Shown: positions 1 through 12,822 of the stretch, one piece after another
How the letters are laid out: every line of letters begins with the position of its first letter
Position numbering within the stretch: the stretch's first letter is position 1
NCBI GenBank assembly: GCA_002269645.1
Contig: NIVC01000692.1
Coordinates: 1 to 64,000 of the forward strand
Source: Macrostomum lignano
Taxonomy: Eukaryota
DNA length: 64,000 bases
Direction of reading: 5' to 3'
Position numbers and translations under genes: made by a program
Notes under the pieces: model-generated
Told to the model about the DNA's origin: nothing
Database searches by the model: none
The model's input: only the letters and a program-made list of their open reading frames with translations

Positions 1-3000
1 GAGCTCGTGAGCCCCGTCGCGCGAACGACGACGTCGCGATGAGCGCGCTCGCCGCGACATTGCAAGAGCGGAGCGCCGATTCGAAGACGATGAATTCGAG
101 GTCGACGAGATTGTTCAGGCCGAACAAGAAGTAGACGAGACGTGCGACACCAGATAGACCTGTTCGACGACAAAGTATTAGAAGATCGCGAGGCCAGCGA
201 GATCGAAGAGGATCTGCCTCCAATGCGCAAAGAAGACGAGTTGAAGGCGCCAGAGCGGGAGCGAGAGCGAGAAGCCGCGCGTCAAGAAGAGCTCGTGAGC
301 CACCGTCGCCGCGAACGACGACGTCGCGATGAGCGCGCTCGCCGCGACATTGCAAGGCGGAGCGCCGATTCGAAGACGATCAATTCAAGGTCGACGAGAT
401 TGTTCAGGCCGACGAAGAAGTACTGGTAGACGAGGACGTGCGACACCAGATAGACCTGTTCGACGACAAAGTATTAGAAGATCGCGAGGCCAGCGAGATC
501 GAAGAGGATCTGCCTCCAATGCGCAAAGAAGACGAGTTGAAGGCGCCAGAGCGGGAGCGAGAGCGAGAAGCCGCGCGTCAAGAAGAGCTCGTGAGCCACC
601 GTCGCCGCGAACGACGACGTCGCGATGAGCGCGCTCGCCGCGACATTGCAAGGCGGAGCGCCGATTCGAAGACGATCAATTCAAGGTCGACGAGATTGTT
701 CAGGCCGACGAAGAAGTACTGTAGACGAGACGTGCGACACCAGATAGACCTGTTCGACGACAAAGTATTAGAAGATCGCGAGGCCAGCGAGATCGAAGAG
801 GATCTGCCTCCAATGCGCAAAGAAGACGAGTTGAAGGCGCCAGAGCGGGAGCGAGAGCGAGAAGCCGCGCGTCAAGAAGAGCTCGTGAGCCACCGTCGCC
901 GCGAACGACGACGTCGCGATGAGCGCGCTCGCCGCGACATTGCAAGGCGGAGCGCCGATTCGAAGACGATCAATTCAAGGTCGACGAGATTGTTCAGGCC
1001 GACGAAGAAGTACTGGTAGACGAGGACGTGCGACACCAGATAGACCTGTTCGACGACAAAGTATTAGAAGATCGCGAGGCCAGCGAGATCGAAGAGGATC
1101 TGCCTCCAATGCGCAAAGAAGACGAGTTGAAGGCGCCAGAGCGGGAGCGAGAGCGAGAAGCCGCGCGTCAAGAAGAGCTCGTGAGCCACCGTCGCCGCGA
1201 ACGACGACGTCGCGATGAGCGCGCTCGCCGCGACATTGCAAGAGCGGAGCGCCGATTCAAACAGGATCAATTCAAGGTCGACGAGATTGTTCAGGCCGAC
1301 GAAGAAGTACTGGTAGACGAGGACGTGCGACACCAGATAGACCTGTTCGACGACAAAGTATTAGAAGATCGCGAGGCCAGCGAGATCGAAGAGGATCTGC
1401 CTCCAATGCGCAAAGAAGACGAGTTGAAGGCGCCAGAGCGGGAGCGAGAGCGAGAAGCCGCGCGTCAAGAAGAGCTCGTGAGCCACCGTCGCCGCGAACG
1501 ACGACGTCGCGATGAGCGCGCTCGCCGCGACATTGCAAGAGCGGAGCGCCGATTCGAAGACGATCAATTCAAGGTCGACGAGATTGTTCAGGCCGACGAA
1601 GAAGTAGACGAGACGTGCGACACCAGATAGACCTGTTCGACGACAAAGTATTAGAAGATCGCGAGGCCAGCGAGATCGAAGAGGATCTGCCTCCAATGCG
1701 CAAAGAAGACGAGTTGAAGGCGCCAGAGCGGGAGCGAGAGCGAGAAGCCGCGCGTCAAGAAGAGCTCGTGAGCCACCGTCGCCGCGAACGACGACGTCGC
1801 GATGAGCGCGCTCGCCGCGACATTGCAAGAGCGGAGCGCCGATTCGAAGACGATCAATTCAAGGTCGACGAGATTGTTCAGGCCGACAAGAAGTACTGGT
1901 AGACGAGGACGTGCGACACCAGATAGACCTGTTCGACGACAAAGTATTAGAAGATCGCGAGGCCAGCGAGATCGAAGAGGATCTGCCTCCAATGCGCAAA
2001 GAAGACGAGTTGAAGGCGCCAGAGCGGGAGCGAGAGCGAGAAGCCGCGCGTCAAGAAGAGCTCGTGAGCCACCGTCGCCGCGAACGACGACGTCGCGATG
2101 AGCGCGCTCGCCGCGACATTGCAAGGCGGAGCGCCGATTCGAAGACGATCAATTCAAGGTCGACGAGATTGTTCAGGCCGACGAAGAAGTACTGGTAGAC
2201 GAGGACGTGCGACACCAGATAGACCTGTTCGACGACAAAGTATTAGAAGATCGCGAGGCCAGCGAGATCGAAGAGGATCTGCCTCCAATGCGCAAAGAAG
2301 ACGAGTTGAAGGCGCCAGAGCGGGAGCGAGAGCGAGAAGCCGCGCGTCAAGAAGAGCTCGTGAGCCACCGTCGCCGCGAACGACGACGTCGCGATGAGCG
2401 CGCTCGCCGCGACATTGCAAGGCGGAGCGCCGATTCGAAGACGATCAATTCAAGGTCGACGAGATTGTTCAGGCCGACGAAGAAGTACTGGTAGACGAGG
2501 ACGTGCGACACCAGATAGACCTGTTCGACGACAAAGTATTAGAAGATCGCGAGGCCAGCGAGATCGAAGAGGATCTGCCTCCAATGCGCAAAGAAGACGA
2601 GTTGAAGGCGCCAGAGCGGGAGCGAGAGCGAGAAGCCGCGCGTCAAGAAGAGCTCGTGAGCCACCGTCGCCGCGAACGACGACGTCGCGATGAGCGCGCT
2701 CGCCGCGACATTGCAAGGCGGAGCGCCGATTCAAACAGGATCAATTCAAGGTCGACGAGATGTTCAGGCCGACGAAGAAGTACTGGTAGACGAGGACGTG
2801 CGACACCAGATAGACCTGTTCGACGACAAAGTATTAGAAGATCGCGAGGCCAGCGAGATCGAAGAGGATCTGCCTCCAATGCGCAAAGAAGACGAGTTGA
2901 AGGCGCCAGAGCGGGAGCGAGAGCGAGAAGCCGCGCGTCAAGAAGAGCTCGTGAGCCACCGTCGCCGCGAACGACGACGTCGCGATGAGCGCGCTCGCCG

Positions 3001-6000
3001 CGACATTGCAAGAGCGGAGCGCCGATTCGAAGACGATCAATTCAAGGTCGACGAGATTGTTCAGGCCGACGAAGAAGTAGACGAGGACGTGCGACACCAG
3101 ATAGACCTGTTCGACGACAAAGTATTAGAAGATCGCGAGGCCAGCGAGATCGAAGAGGATCTGCCTCCAATGCGCAAAGAAGACGAGTTGAAGGCGCCAG
3201 AGCGGGAGCGAGAGCGAGAAGCCGCGCGTCAAGAAGAGCTCGTGAGCCACCGTCGCCGCGAACGACGACGTCGCGATGAGCGCGCTCGCCGCGACATTGC
3301 AAGGCGGAGCGCCGATTCGAAGACGATCAATTCAAGGTCGACGAGATTGTTCAGGCCGACGAAGAAGTACTGGTAGACGAGGACGTGCGACACCAGATAG
3401 ACCTGTTCGACGACAAAGTATTAGAAGATCGCGAGGCCAGCGAGATCGAAGAGGATCTGCCTCCAATGCGCAAAGAAGACGAGTTGAAGGCGCCAGAGCG
3501 GGAGCGAGAGCGAGAAGCCGCGCGTCAAGAAGAGCTCGTGAGCCACCGTCGCCGCGAACGACGACGTCGCGATGAGCGCGCTCGCCGCGACATTGCAAGA
3601 GCGGAGCGCCGATTCGAAGACGATCAATTCAAGGTCGACGAGATTGTTCAGGCCGACGAAGAAGTACTGGTAGACGAGGACGTGCGACACCAGATAGACC
3701 TGTTCGACGACAAAGTATTAGAAGATCGCGAGGCCAGCGAGATCGAAGAGGATCTGCCTCCAATGCGCAAAGAAGACGAGTTGAAGGCGCCAGAGCGGGA
3801 GCGAGAGCGAGAAGCCGCGCGTCAAGAAGAGCTCGTGAGCCACCGTCGCCGCGAACGACGACGTCGCGATGAGCGCGCTCGCCGCGACATTGCAAGAGCG
3901 GAGCGCCGATTCAAACGATCAATTCAAGGTCGACAGATCGATCAGGCCGACGAAGAAGTACTGGTACGAGGACGTGCGACACCAGATAGACCTGTTCGAC
4001 GACAAAGTATTAGAAGATCGCGAGGCCAGCGAGATCGAAGAGGATCTGCCTCCAATGCGCAAAGAAGACGAGTTGAAGGCGCCAGAGCGGGAGCGAGAGC
4101 GAGAAGCCGCGCGTCAAGAAGAGCTCGTGAGCCACCGTCGCCGCGAACGACGACGTCGCGATGAGCGCGCTCGCCGCGACATTGCAAGAGCGGAGCGCCG
4201 ATTCAAACAGGATCAATTCAAGGTCGACAGATGATCAGGCCGACAAGCAAGTAGACGAAGACGTGCGACACCAGATGACCTGTTCGATGACGCAAAGTAT
4301 TAGAAGATCGCGAGGCCAGCGAGATCGAAGAGGATCTGCCTCCAATGCGCAAAGAAGACGAGTTGAAGGCGCCAGAGCGGGAGCGAGAGCGAGAAGCCGC
4401 GCGTCAAGAAGAGCTCGTGAGCCACCGTCGCCGCGAACGACGACGTCGCGATGAGCGCGCTCGCCGCGACATTGCAAGGCGGAGCGCCGATTCGAAGACG
4501 ATCAATTCAAGGTCGACGAGATTGTTCAGGCCGACGAAGAAGTACTGGTAGACGAGGACGTGCGACACCAGATAGACCTGTTCGACGACAAAGTATTAGA
4601 AGATCGCGAGGCCAGCGAGATCGAAGAGGATCTGCCTCCAATGCGCAAAGAAGACGAGTTGAAGGCGCCAGAGCGGGAGCGAGAGCGAGAAGCCGCGCGT
4701 CAAGAAGAGCTCGTGAGCCACCGTCGCCGCGAACGACGACGTCGCGATGAGCGCGCTCGCCGCGACATTGCAAGAGCGGAGCGCCGATTCGAAGACGATC
4801 AATTCAAGGTCGACGAGATTGTTCAGGCCGACAAGAAGTAGGTAGACGAGGACGTGCGACACCAGATAGACCTGTTCGACGACAAAGTATTAGAAGATCG
4901 CGAGGCCAGCGAGATCGAAGAGGATCTGCCTCCAATGCGCAAAGAAGACGAGTTGAAGGCGCCAGAGCGGGAGCGAGAGCGAGAAGCCGCGCGTCAAGAA
5001 GAGCTCGTGAGCCACCGTCGCCGCGAACGACGACGTCGCGATGAGCGCGCTCGCCGCGACATTGCAAGGCGGAGCGCCGATTCGAAGACGATCAATTCAA
5101 GGTCGACGAGATTGTTCAGGCCGACGAAGAAGTACTGGTAGACGAGGACGTGCGACACCAGATAGACCTGTTCGACGACAAAGTATTAGAAGATCGCGAG
5201 GCCAGCGAGATCGAAGAGGATCTGCCTCCAATGCGCAAAGAAGACGAGTTGAAGGCGCCAGAGCGGGAGCGAGAGCGAGAAGCCGCGCGTCAAGAAGAGC
5301 TCGTGAGCCACCGTCGCCGCGAACGACGACGTCGCGATGAGCGCGCTCGCCGCGACATTGCAAGAGCGGAGCGCCGATTCAAGAGATCAATTCAAGGTCG
5401 ACAGATCGATCAGGCCGACAAGCAAGTAGACGAGACGTGCGACACCAGATAGACCTGTTCGATGACAAAGTATTAGAAGATCGCGAGGCCAGCGAGATCG
5501 AAGAGGATCTGCCTCCAATGCGCAAAGAAGACGAGTTGAAGGCGCCAGAGCGGGAGCGAGAGCGAGAAGCCGCGCGTCAAGAAGAGCTCGTGAGCCACCG
5601 TCGCCGCGAACGACGACGTCGCGATGAGCGCGCTCGCCGCGACATTGCAAGAGCGGAGCGCCGATTCGAAGACGATCAATTCAAGGTCGACGAGATTGTT
5701 CAGGCCGACGAAGCAAGTAGACGAGGACGTGCGACACCAGATAGACCTGTTCGACGACAAAGTATTAGAAGATCGCGAGGCCAGCGAGATCGAAGAGGAT
5801 CTGCCTCCAATGCGCAAAGAAGACGAGTTGAAGGCGCCAGAGCGGGAGCGAGAGCGAGAAGCCGCGCGTCAAGAAGAGCTCGTGAGCCACCGTCGCCGCG
5901 AACGACGACGTCGCGATGAGCGCGCTCGCCGCGACATTGCAAGAGCGGAGCGCCGATTCGAAGACGATCAATTCAAGGTCGACGAGATTGTTCAGGCCGA

Positions 6001-9000
6001 CAAGCAAGTAGACGAAGACGTGCGACACCAGATAGACCTGTTCGACGACAAAGTATTAGAAGATCGCGAGGCCAGCGAGATCGAAGAGGATCTGCCTCCA
6101 ATGCGCAAAGAAGACGAGTTGAAGGCGCCAGAGCGGGAGCGAGAGCGAGAAGCCGCGCGTCAAGAAGAGCTCGTGAGCCACCGTCGCCGCGAACGACGAC
6201 GTCGCGATGAGCGCGCTCGCCGCGACATTGCAAGGGCGGAGCGCCGATTCGAAGACGATCAATTCAAGGTCGACGAGATTGTTCAGGCCGACGAAGAAGT
6301 ACTGGTAGACGAGGACGTGCGACACCAGATAGACCTGTTCGACGACAAAGTATTAGAAGATCGCGAGGCCAGCGAGATCGAAGAGGATCTGCCTCCAATG
6401 CGCAAAGAAGACGAGTTGAAGGCGCCAGAGCGGGAGCGAGAGCGAGAAGCCGCGCGTCAAGAAGAGCTCGTGAGCCACCGTCGCCGCGAACGACGACGTC
6501 GCGATGAGCGCGCTCGCCGCGACATTGCAAGGGCGAAGCGCCGATTCAAACAGGATCAATTCAAGGTCGATCAGATCGATCAGGCCGACAAGCAAGTAGA
6601 CGAAGACGTGCGACACCAGATAGACCTGTTCGACGACAAAGTATTAGAAGATCGCGAGGCCAGCGAGATCGAAGAGGATCTGCCTCCAATGCGCAAAGAA
6701 GACGAGTTGAAGGCGCCAGAGCGGGAGCGAGAGCGAGAAGCCGCGCGTCAAGAAGAGCTCGTGAGCCACCGTCGCCGCGAACGACGACGTCGCGATGAGC
6801 GCGCTCGCCGCGACATTGCAAGAGCGGAGCGCCGATTCAAGACGATCAATTCAAGGTCGACGAGATTGTTCAGGCCGACAAGAAGTAGACGAAGACGTGC
6901 GACACCAGATAGACCTGTTCGACGACAAAGTATTAGAAGATCGCGAGGCCAGCGAGATCGAAGAGGATCTGCCTCCAATGCGCAAAGAAGACGAGTTGAA
7001 GGCGCCAGAGCGGGAGCGAGAGCGAGAAGCCGCGCGTCAAGAAGAGCTCGTGAGCCACCGTCGCCGCGAACGACGACGTCGCGATGAGCGCGCTCGCCGC
7101 GACATTGCAAGGCGGAGCGCCGATTCGAAGACGATCAATTCAAGGTCGACGAGATTGTTCAGGCCGACGAAGAAGTACTGGTAGACGAGGACGTGCGACA
7201 CCAGATAGACCTGTTCGACGACAAAGTATTAGAAGATCGCGAGGCCAGCGAGATCGAAGAGGATCTGCCTCCAATGCGCAAAGAAGACGAGTTGAAGGCG
7301 CCAGAGCGGGAGCGAGAGCGAGAAGCCGCGCGTCAAGAAGAGCTCGTGAGCCACCGTCGCCGCGAACGACGACGTCGCGATGAGCGCGCTCGCCGCGACA
7401 TTGCAAGAGCGGAGCGCCGATTCAAACGATCAATTCAAGGTCGACGAGATTGTTCAGGCCGACGAAGAACTGGTAGACGAGGACGTGCGACACCAGATAG
7501 ACCTGTTCGACGACAAAGTATTAGAAGATCGCGAGGCCAGCGAGATCGAAGAGGATCTGCCTCCAATGCGCAAAGAAGACGAGTTGAAGGCGCCAGAGCG
7601 GGAGCGAGAGCGAGAAGCCGCGCGTCAAGAAGAGCTCGTGAGCCACCGTCGCCGCGAACGACGACGTCGCGATGAGCGCGCTCGCCGCGACATTGCAAGA
7701 GCGGAGCGCCGATTCGAAGACGATCAATTCAAGGTCGACGAGATTGTTCAGGCCGACGAAGAAGTACTGGTAGACGAGGACGTGCGACACCAGATAGACC
7801 TGTTCGACGACAAAGTATTAGAAGATCGCGAGGCCAGCGAGATCGAAGAGGATCTGCCTCCAATGCGCAAAGAAGACGAGTTGAAGGCGCCAGAGCGGAG
7901 CGAGAGCGAGAAGCCGCGCGTCAAGAAGAGCTCGTGAGCCACCGTCGCCGCGAACGACGACGTCGCGATGAGCGCGCTCGCCGCGACATTGCAAGAGCGG
8001 AGCGCCGATTCGAAGAGATCAATTCAAGGTCGATCAGATTGATCAGGCCGACAAGCAAGTAGACGAAGACGTGCGACACCAGATGACTGATCGATGACAA
8101 GTTTAGAAGATCGCGAGGCCAGCGAGATCGAAGAGGATCTGCCTCCAATGCGCAAAGAAGACGAGTTGAAGGCGCCAGAGCGGGAGCGAGAGCGAGAAGC
8201 CGCGCGTCAAGAAGAGCTCGTGAGCCACCTTCGCCACGAACGCCGACGTCGCGATGAGCGCGCTCGCCGCGACATTGCAAGAGCGGAGCGCCGATTCGAA
8301 GACGATGAATTCGACGTAGACGAGATTGTTCAGGCCGACGAAGAAGTACTGGTAGACGAGGACGTGCGACACCAGATAGACCTGTTCGACGACAAAGTAT
8401 TAGAAGATCGCGAGGCCAGCGAGATCGAAGAGGATCTGCCTCCAATGCGCAAAGAAGACGAGTTGAAGGCGCCAGAGCGGAGCGAGAGCGAGAAGCCGCG
8501 CGTCAAGAAGAGCTCGTGAGCCACCTTCGCCACGAACGCCGACGTCGCGATGAGCGCGCTCGCCGCGACATTGCAAGGGCGGAGCGCCGATTCAAGAGAT
8601 CAATTCAAGGTCGACAGATTGTTCAGGCCGACAAGCAAGTAGACGAAGACGTGCGACACCAGATGACTGTCGATGACAAAGTATTAGAAGATCGCGAGGA
8701 GCGAGATCGAAGAGGATCTGCCTCCAATGCGCAAAGAAGACGAGTTGAAGGCGCCAGAGCGGGAGCGAGAGCGAGAAGCCGCGCGTCAAGAAGAGCTCGT
8801 GAGCCACCGTCGCCGCGAACGACGACGTCGCGATGAGCGCGCTCGCCGCGACATTGCAAGGCGGAGCGCCGATTCGAAGACGATCAATTCAAGGTCGACG
8901 AGATTGTTCAGGCCGACGAAGAAGTACTGGTAGACGAGGACGTGCGACACCAGATAGACCTGTTCGACGACAAAGTATTAGAAGATCGCGAGCCAGCGAG

Positions 9001-11590
9001 ATCGAAGAGGATCTGCCTCCAATGCGCAAAGAAGACGAGTTGAAGGCGCCAGAGCGGGAGCGAGAGCGAGAAGCCGCGCGTCAAGAAGAGCTCGTGAGCC
9101 ACCGTCGCCGCGAACGACGACGTCGCGATGAGCGCGCTCGCCGCGACATTGCAAGAGCGGAGCGCCGATTCGAAGACGATCAATTCAAGGTCGACGAGAT
9201 TGTTCAGGCCGACAAGCAAGTAGACGAAGACGTGCGACACCAGATAGACCTGTTCGACGACAAAGTATTAGAAGATCGCGAGGCCAGCGAGATCGAAGAG
9301 GAGCTGCCTCCAATGCGCAAAGAAGACGAGTTGAAGGCGCCAGAGCGGAGCGAGAGCGAGAAGCCGCGCGTCAAGAAGAGCTCGTGAGCCACCGTCGCCG
9401 CGAACGACGACGTCGCGATGAGCGCGCTCGCCGCGACATTGCAAGGGCGGAGCGCCGATTCAAAGAGGATCAATTCAAGGTCGATCAGATCGATCAGGCC
9501 GACAAGCAAGTAGACGAAGACGTGCGACACCAGATAGACCTGTTCGATGACAAGTATTAGAAGATCGCGAGGCCAGCGAGATCGAAGAGGATCTGCCTCC
9601 AATGCGCAAAGAAGACGAGTTGAAGGCGCCAGAGCGGGAGCGAGAGCGAGAAGCCGCGCGTCAAGAAGAGCTCGTGAGCCACCGTCGCCGCGAACGACGA
9701 CGTCGCGATGAGCGCGCTCGCCGCGACATTGCAAGAGCGGAGCGCCGATTCGAAGACGATGAATTCGAGGTAGACGAGATTGTTCAGGCCGACAAGCAAG
9801 TAGACGAAGACGTGCGACGCCAGATAGACCTGTTCGATGACAAAGTATTAGAAGATCGCGAGGCCAGCGAGATCGAAGAGGATCTGCCTCCAATGCGCAA
9901 AGAAGACGAGTTGAAGGCGCCAGAGCGGGAGCGAGAGCGAGAAGCCGCGCGTCAAGAAGAGCTCGTGAGCCACCGTCGCCGCGAACGACGACGTCGCGAT
10001 GAGCGCGCTCGCCGCGACATTGCAAGAGCGGAGCGCCGATTCGAAGACGATCAATTCAAGGTAGACGAGATTGTTCAGGCCGACAAGCAAGTAGACGAAG
10101 ACGTGCGACGCCAGATAGACCTGTTCGATGACAAAGTATTAGAAGATCGCGAGCCAGCGAGATCGAAGAGGATCTGCCTCCAATGCGCAAAGAAGACGAG
10201 TTGAAGGCGCCAGAGCGGGAGCGAGAGCGAGAAGCCGCGCGTCAAGAAGAGCTCGTGAGCCACCGTCGCCGCGAACGACGACGTCGCGATGAGCGCGCTC
10301 GCCGCGACATTGCAAGGGCGGAGCGCCGATTCGAAGACGATGAATTTGAGGTAGACGAGATTTTCAGGCCGACAAGCAAGTAGACGAAGACGTGCGACGC
10401 CAGATAGACCTGTTCGATGACAAAGTATTAGAAGATCGCGAAGCCAGCGAGATCGAAGAGGATCTGCCTTCACTGGGCAAAGAAGACGAGTTGAAGGCGC
10501 CAGAGCGGGAGCGAGAGCGAGAAGCCGCGCGTCAAGAAGAGCTCGTGAGCCACCGTCGCCGCGAACGACGACGTCGCGATGAGCGCGCTCGCCGCGACAT
10601 TGCAAGAGCGGAGCGCCGATTCGAAGACGATGAATTCGAGGTAGACGAGATTGTTCAGGCCGACAAGCAAGTAGACGAAGACGTGCGACGCCAGATAGAC
10701 CTGTTCGATGACAAAGTATTAGAAGATCGCGAAGCCAGCGAGATCGAAGAGGATCTGCCTCCAATGCGCAAAGAAGACGAGTTGAAGGCGCCAGAGCGGG
10801 AGCGAGAGCGAGAAGCCGCGCGTCAAGAAGAGCTCGTGAGCCACCGTCGCCGCGAACGACGACGTCGCGATGAGCGCGCTCGCCGCGACATTGCAAGAGC
10901 GGAGCGCCGATTCGAAGACGATGAATTCGAGGTAGACGAGATTGTTCAGGCCGACAAGCAAGTAGACGAAGACGTGCGACGCCAGATAGACCTGTTCGAT
11001 GACAAAGTATTAGAAGATCGCGAAGCCAGCGAGATCGAAGAGGATCTGCCTTCACTGGCAAAGAAGACGAGTTGAAGGCGCCAGAGCGGGAGCGAGAGCG
11101 AGAAGCCGCGCGTCAAGAAGAGCTCGTGAGCCACCGTCGCCGCGAACGACGACGTCGCGATGAGCGCGCTCGCCGCGACATTGCAACAGCGGAGCGCCGA
11201 TTCGAAGACGATCAATTCAAGGTCGACGAGATTGTTCAGGCCGACGAAGAAGTACTGGTAGACGAGGAAGTGCGACACCAGATAGACCTGTTCGACGACA
11301 AAGTATTAGAAGATCGCGAGGCCAGCGAGATCGAAGAGGAGCTTCCTTCATTGTGCAAAGAAGACGATTTGAAGGCGCCAGAGAGAGAGCGAGAGCGGAA
11401 GCCATGCGTCTAGAAGAGCTCGTGAGCCACCGTCGCCGCGAACGACGACGTCGCGATGAGCGCGCTCGCCGCGACATTGCAAGAGCGGAGCGCCGATTCA
11501 AAGAGGATCAACTCAAGTTCGTCGAAATAGATCAGGCCGACAAGCAAGTAGACGAAGACGTGCGACACCAGCTGGACTTGCTCGATGAGG
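1..11590 (+). repeat. Tandem array of ~295 bp CpG-rich units (~39-40 copies)
   Basis: Motif gtgcgacaccagatagacctgttcgacgac recurs at 142, 438, ~732, 1028 ... ~11560 with near-identical intervening sequence; divergence rises in the last 2-3 units. Confidence 0.97.
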
Positions 11591-12822
11591 CAGGGTGTCT
11601 TAAGGAAAGGAATATTTTTGCAGCTTCTAGGATGACAGTTCGTTTTTTGGATGTTGTCAACGAGTTACGCTTTCTCCTTGATGTTATTTGTAACCCGGAG
11701 GTGGACGTTTTATCTGATGGTTTCGAATCATCAGAATTTTTCGATGGTAGCAGCAGTGTTTCGTTTAGTCAGCTTTGCTTGGATGTGCAAGAGGATGGAT
11801 ATTCGGCTGATCGAAGCATGAGTATTTCTCGTCGAGCTTTTTGGCGCGGTTCGTCTGATGAGTCTACTTTATTTTCTACTGGCTCTTTTTGCTCTGTGTC
11901 AGTTTTTGAACGCCCAGCTTCTGTTGAGCGCTTGTCTTCAAAGAGATGGAGGAGCCGATCTGTCGACCGTGCAATTTCTCCCTATCGAAGCGTTCGCAAT
12001 TTGTCGGATTTCGATGGCGAATCGTGGCTTCGAGTCCAACAGCGTTTTCCCATCCCTAAAAAAATACGAGTAAACAGTGATAAACTTTCAGAGCGTTCTC
12101 GAGAATCAACAAAGTGCTGGCCAATATGGTTTGCAGACTCTGAAAACTCCGATGAAGCTGGTGCCGATGCAGATGACTCTGGTTCAGGTGACGTAAAAGC
12201 TGTTGTTGAAAAAACTGGTGCTGGTGCTGATGAAGCGGCTGCAGGAGCCAATAAAGCTGGTGCTGCATCTGGCTCTAAAACTTCCTTCAGTGAAAGGGCG
12301 CCAATGGTTTCCACAATAAGCGCGCTTAGCGACGCCGACCAAAGCCAGCTACTTGGTCGCATTGTGTTTAGTCAGTTTCGTGGAGCCACCTCCGTAGACT
12401 GGGCTCAGCTGGAGTCCCAGATGGAGCGAGCAATGCGATATTTGGAAGGCAAGATTCGAGAGGTTCACGCGAGCAACGACGCCTCCACCGATGCTGACTC
12501 GGTGTCCACTGCTTCGGTTAGGAAGGATGAGCGGCCTGCTGAATATGATTGGGACGCGCGAGCGCGCTGGCTGCTTGACAATTGGACTCGGCCTGAGTTA
12601 GCCGACTGCGGCGCGCTCCGCCTGCTGCTCGGCCGCATCATTGTGAGCCAGTTTGTGGCCCGGCCAGCCCAGCCATGGTCAACTCTGCGCGAGAATTTGG
12701 CGCCGCCACCGCCTTCGCCGTCCGCGGCTTGGCCCGACTCGTCTGACCCGTCGCTGAAATCGGAGTCTTCGAAAGTCTCCACCGGCGGCGTCTGTTGCGG
12801 GTCGCGTCGCGGCAAGCGCTGA
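1..12822 (+). CDS. Giant tandem-repeat protein, 5' end outside window: ~39-40 copies of a 97-99 aa Glu/Arg/Asp-rich module plus ~400 aa unique C-terminus; many 1-bp frameshifts in the array
   Basis: One stop-free reading (VRHQIDLFDDKVLEDREASEIEEDLPPMRKEDELKAPEREREREAARQEELVSHRRRERRRRDERARRDIARAERRFEDDQFKVDEIVQADEEVLVDED) recurs in every unit. Intact units are 297 or 291 bp (multiples of 3), and several run in frame consecutively (ORFs 3385-4164, 5624-7087). The last units read without a stop into non-repetitive ORF 11353-12822, ending GGVCCGSRRGKR*. No homolog recognised. Confidence 0.6.

Noticed and set aside
1-11590. Antisense and alternative-frame ORFs (MQCRGERAHR.., MSALAATLQ.., MSHVLVY..) in the 295-bp array
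   Set aside because: Each is broken by stops once per unit and is a by-product of the repeat; only one frame is continuous and joins unique sequence.
1-12822. Identification of either giant protein with the known flatworm adhesive proteins (ap1/ap2 type) or with FAM21-type LF-acidic motif proteins
   Set aside because: No vWD, TIL, C8, TSP or C-type lectin domains or Lys/Arg-Gly-rich repeats are visible; the single DLFDD per unit is too short to be evidence.
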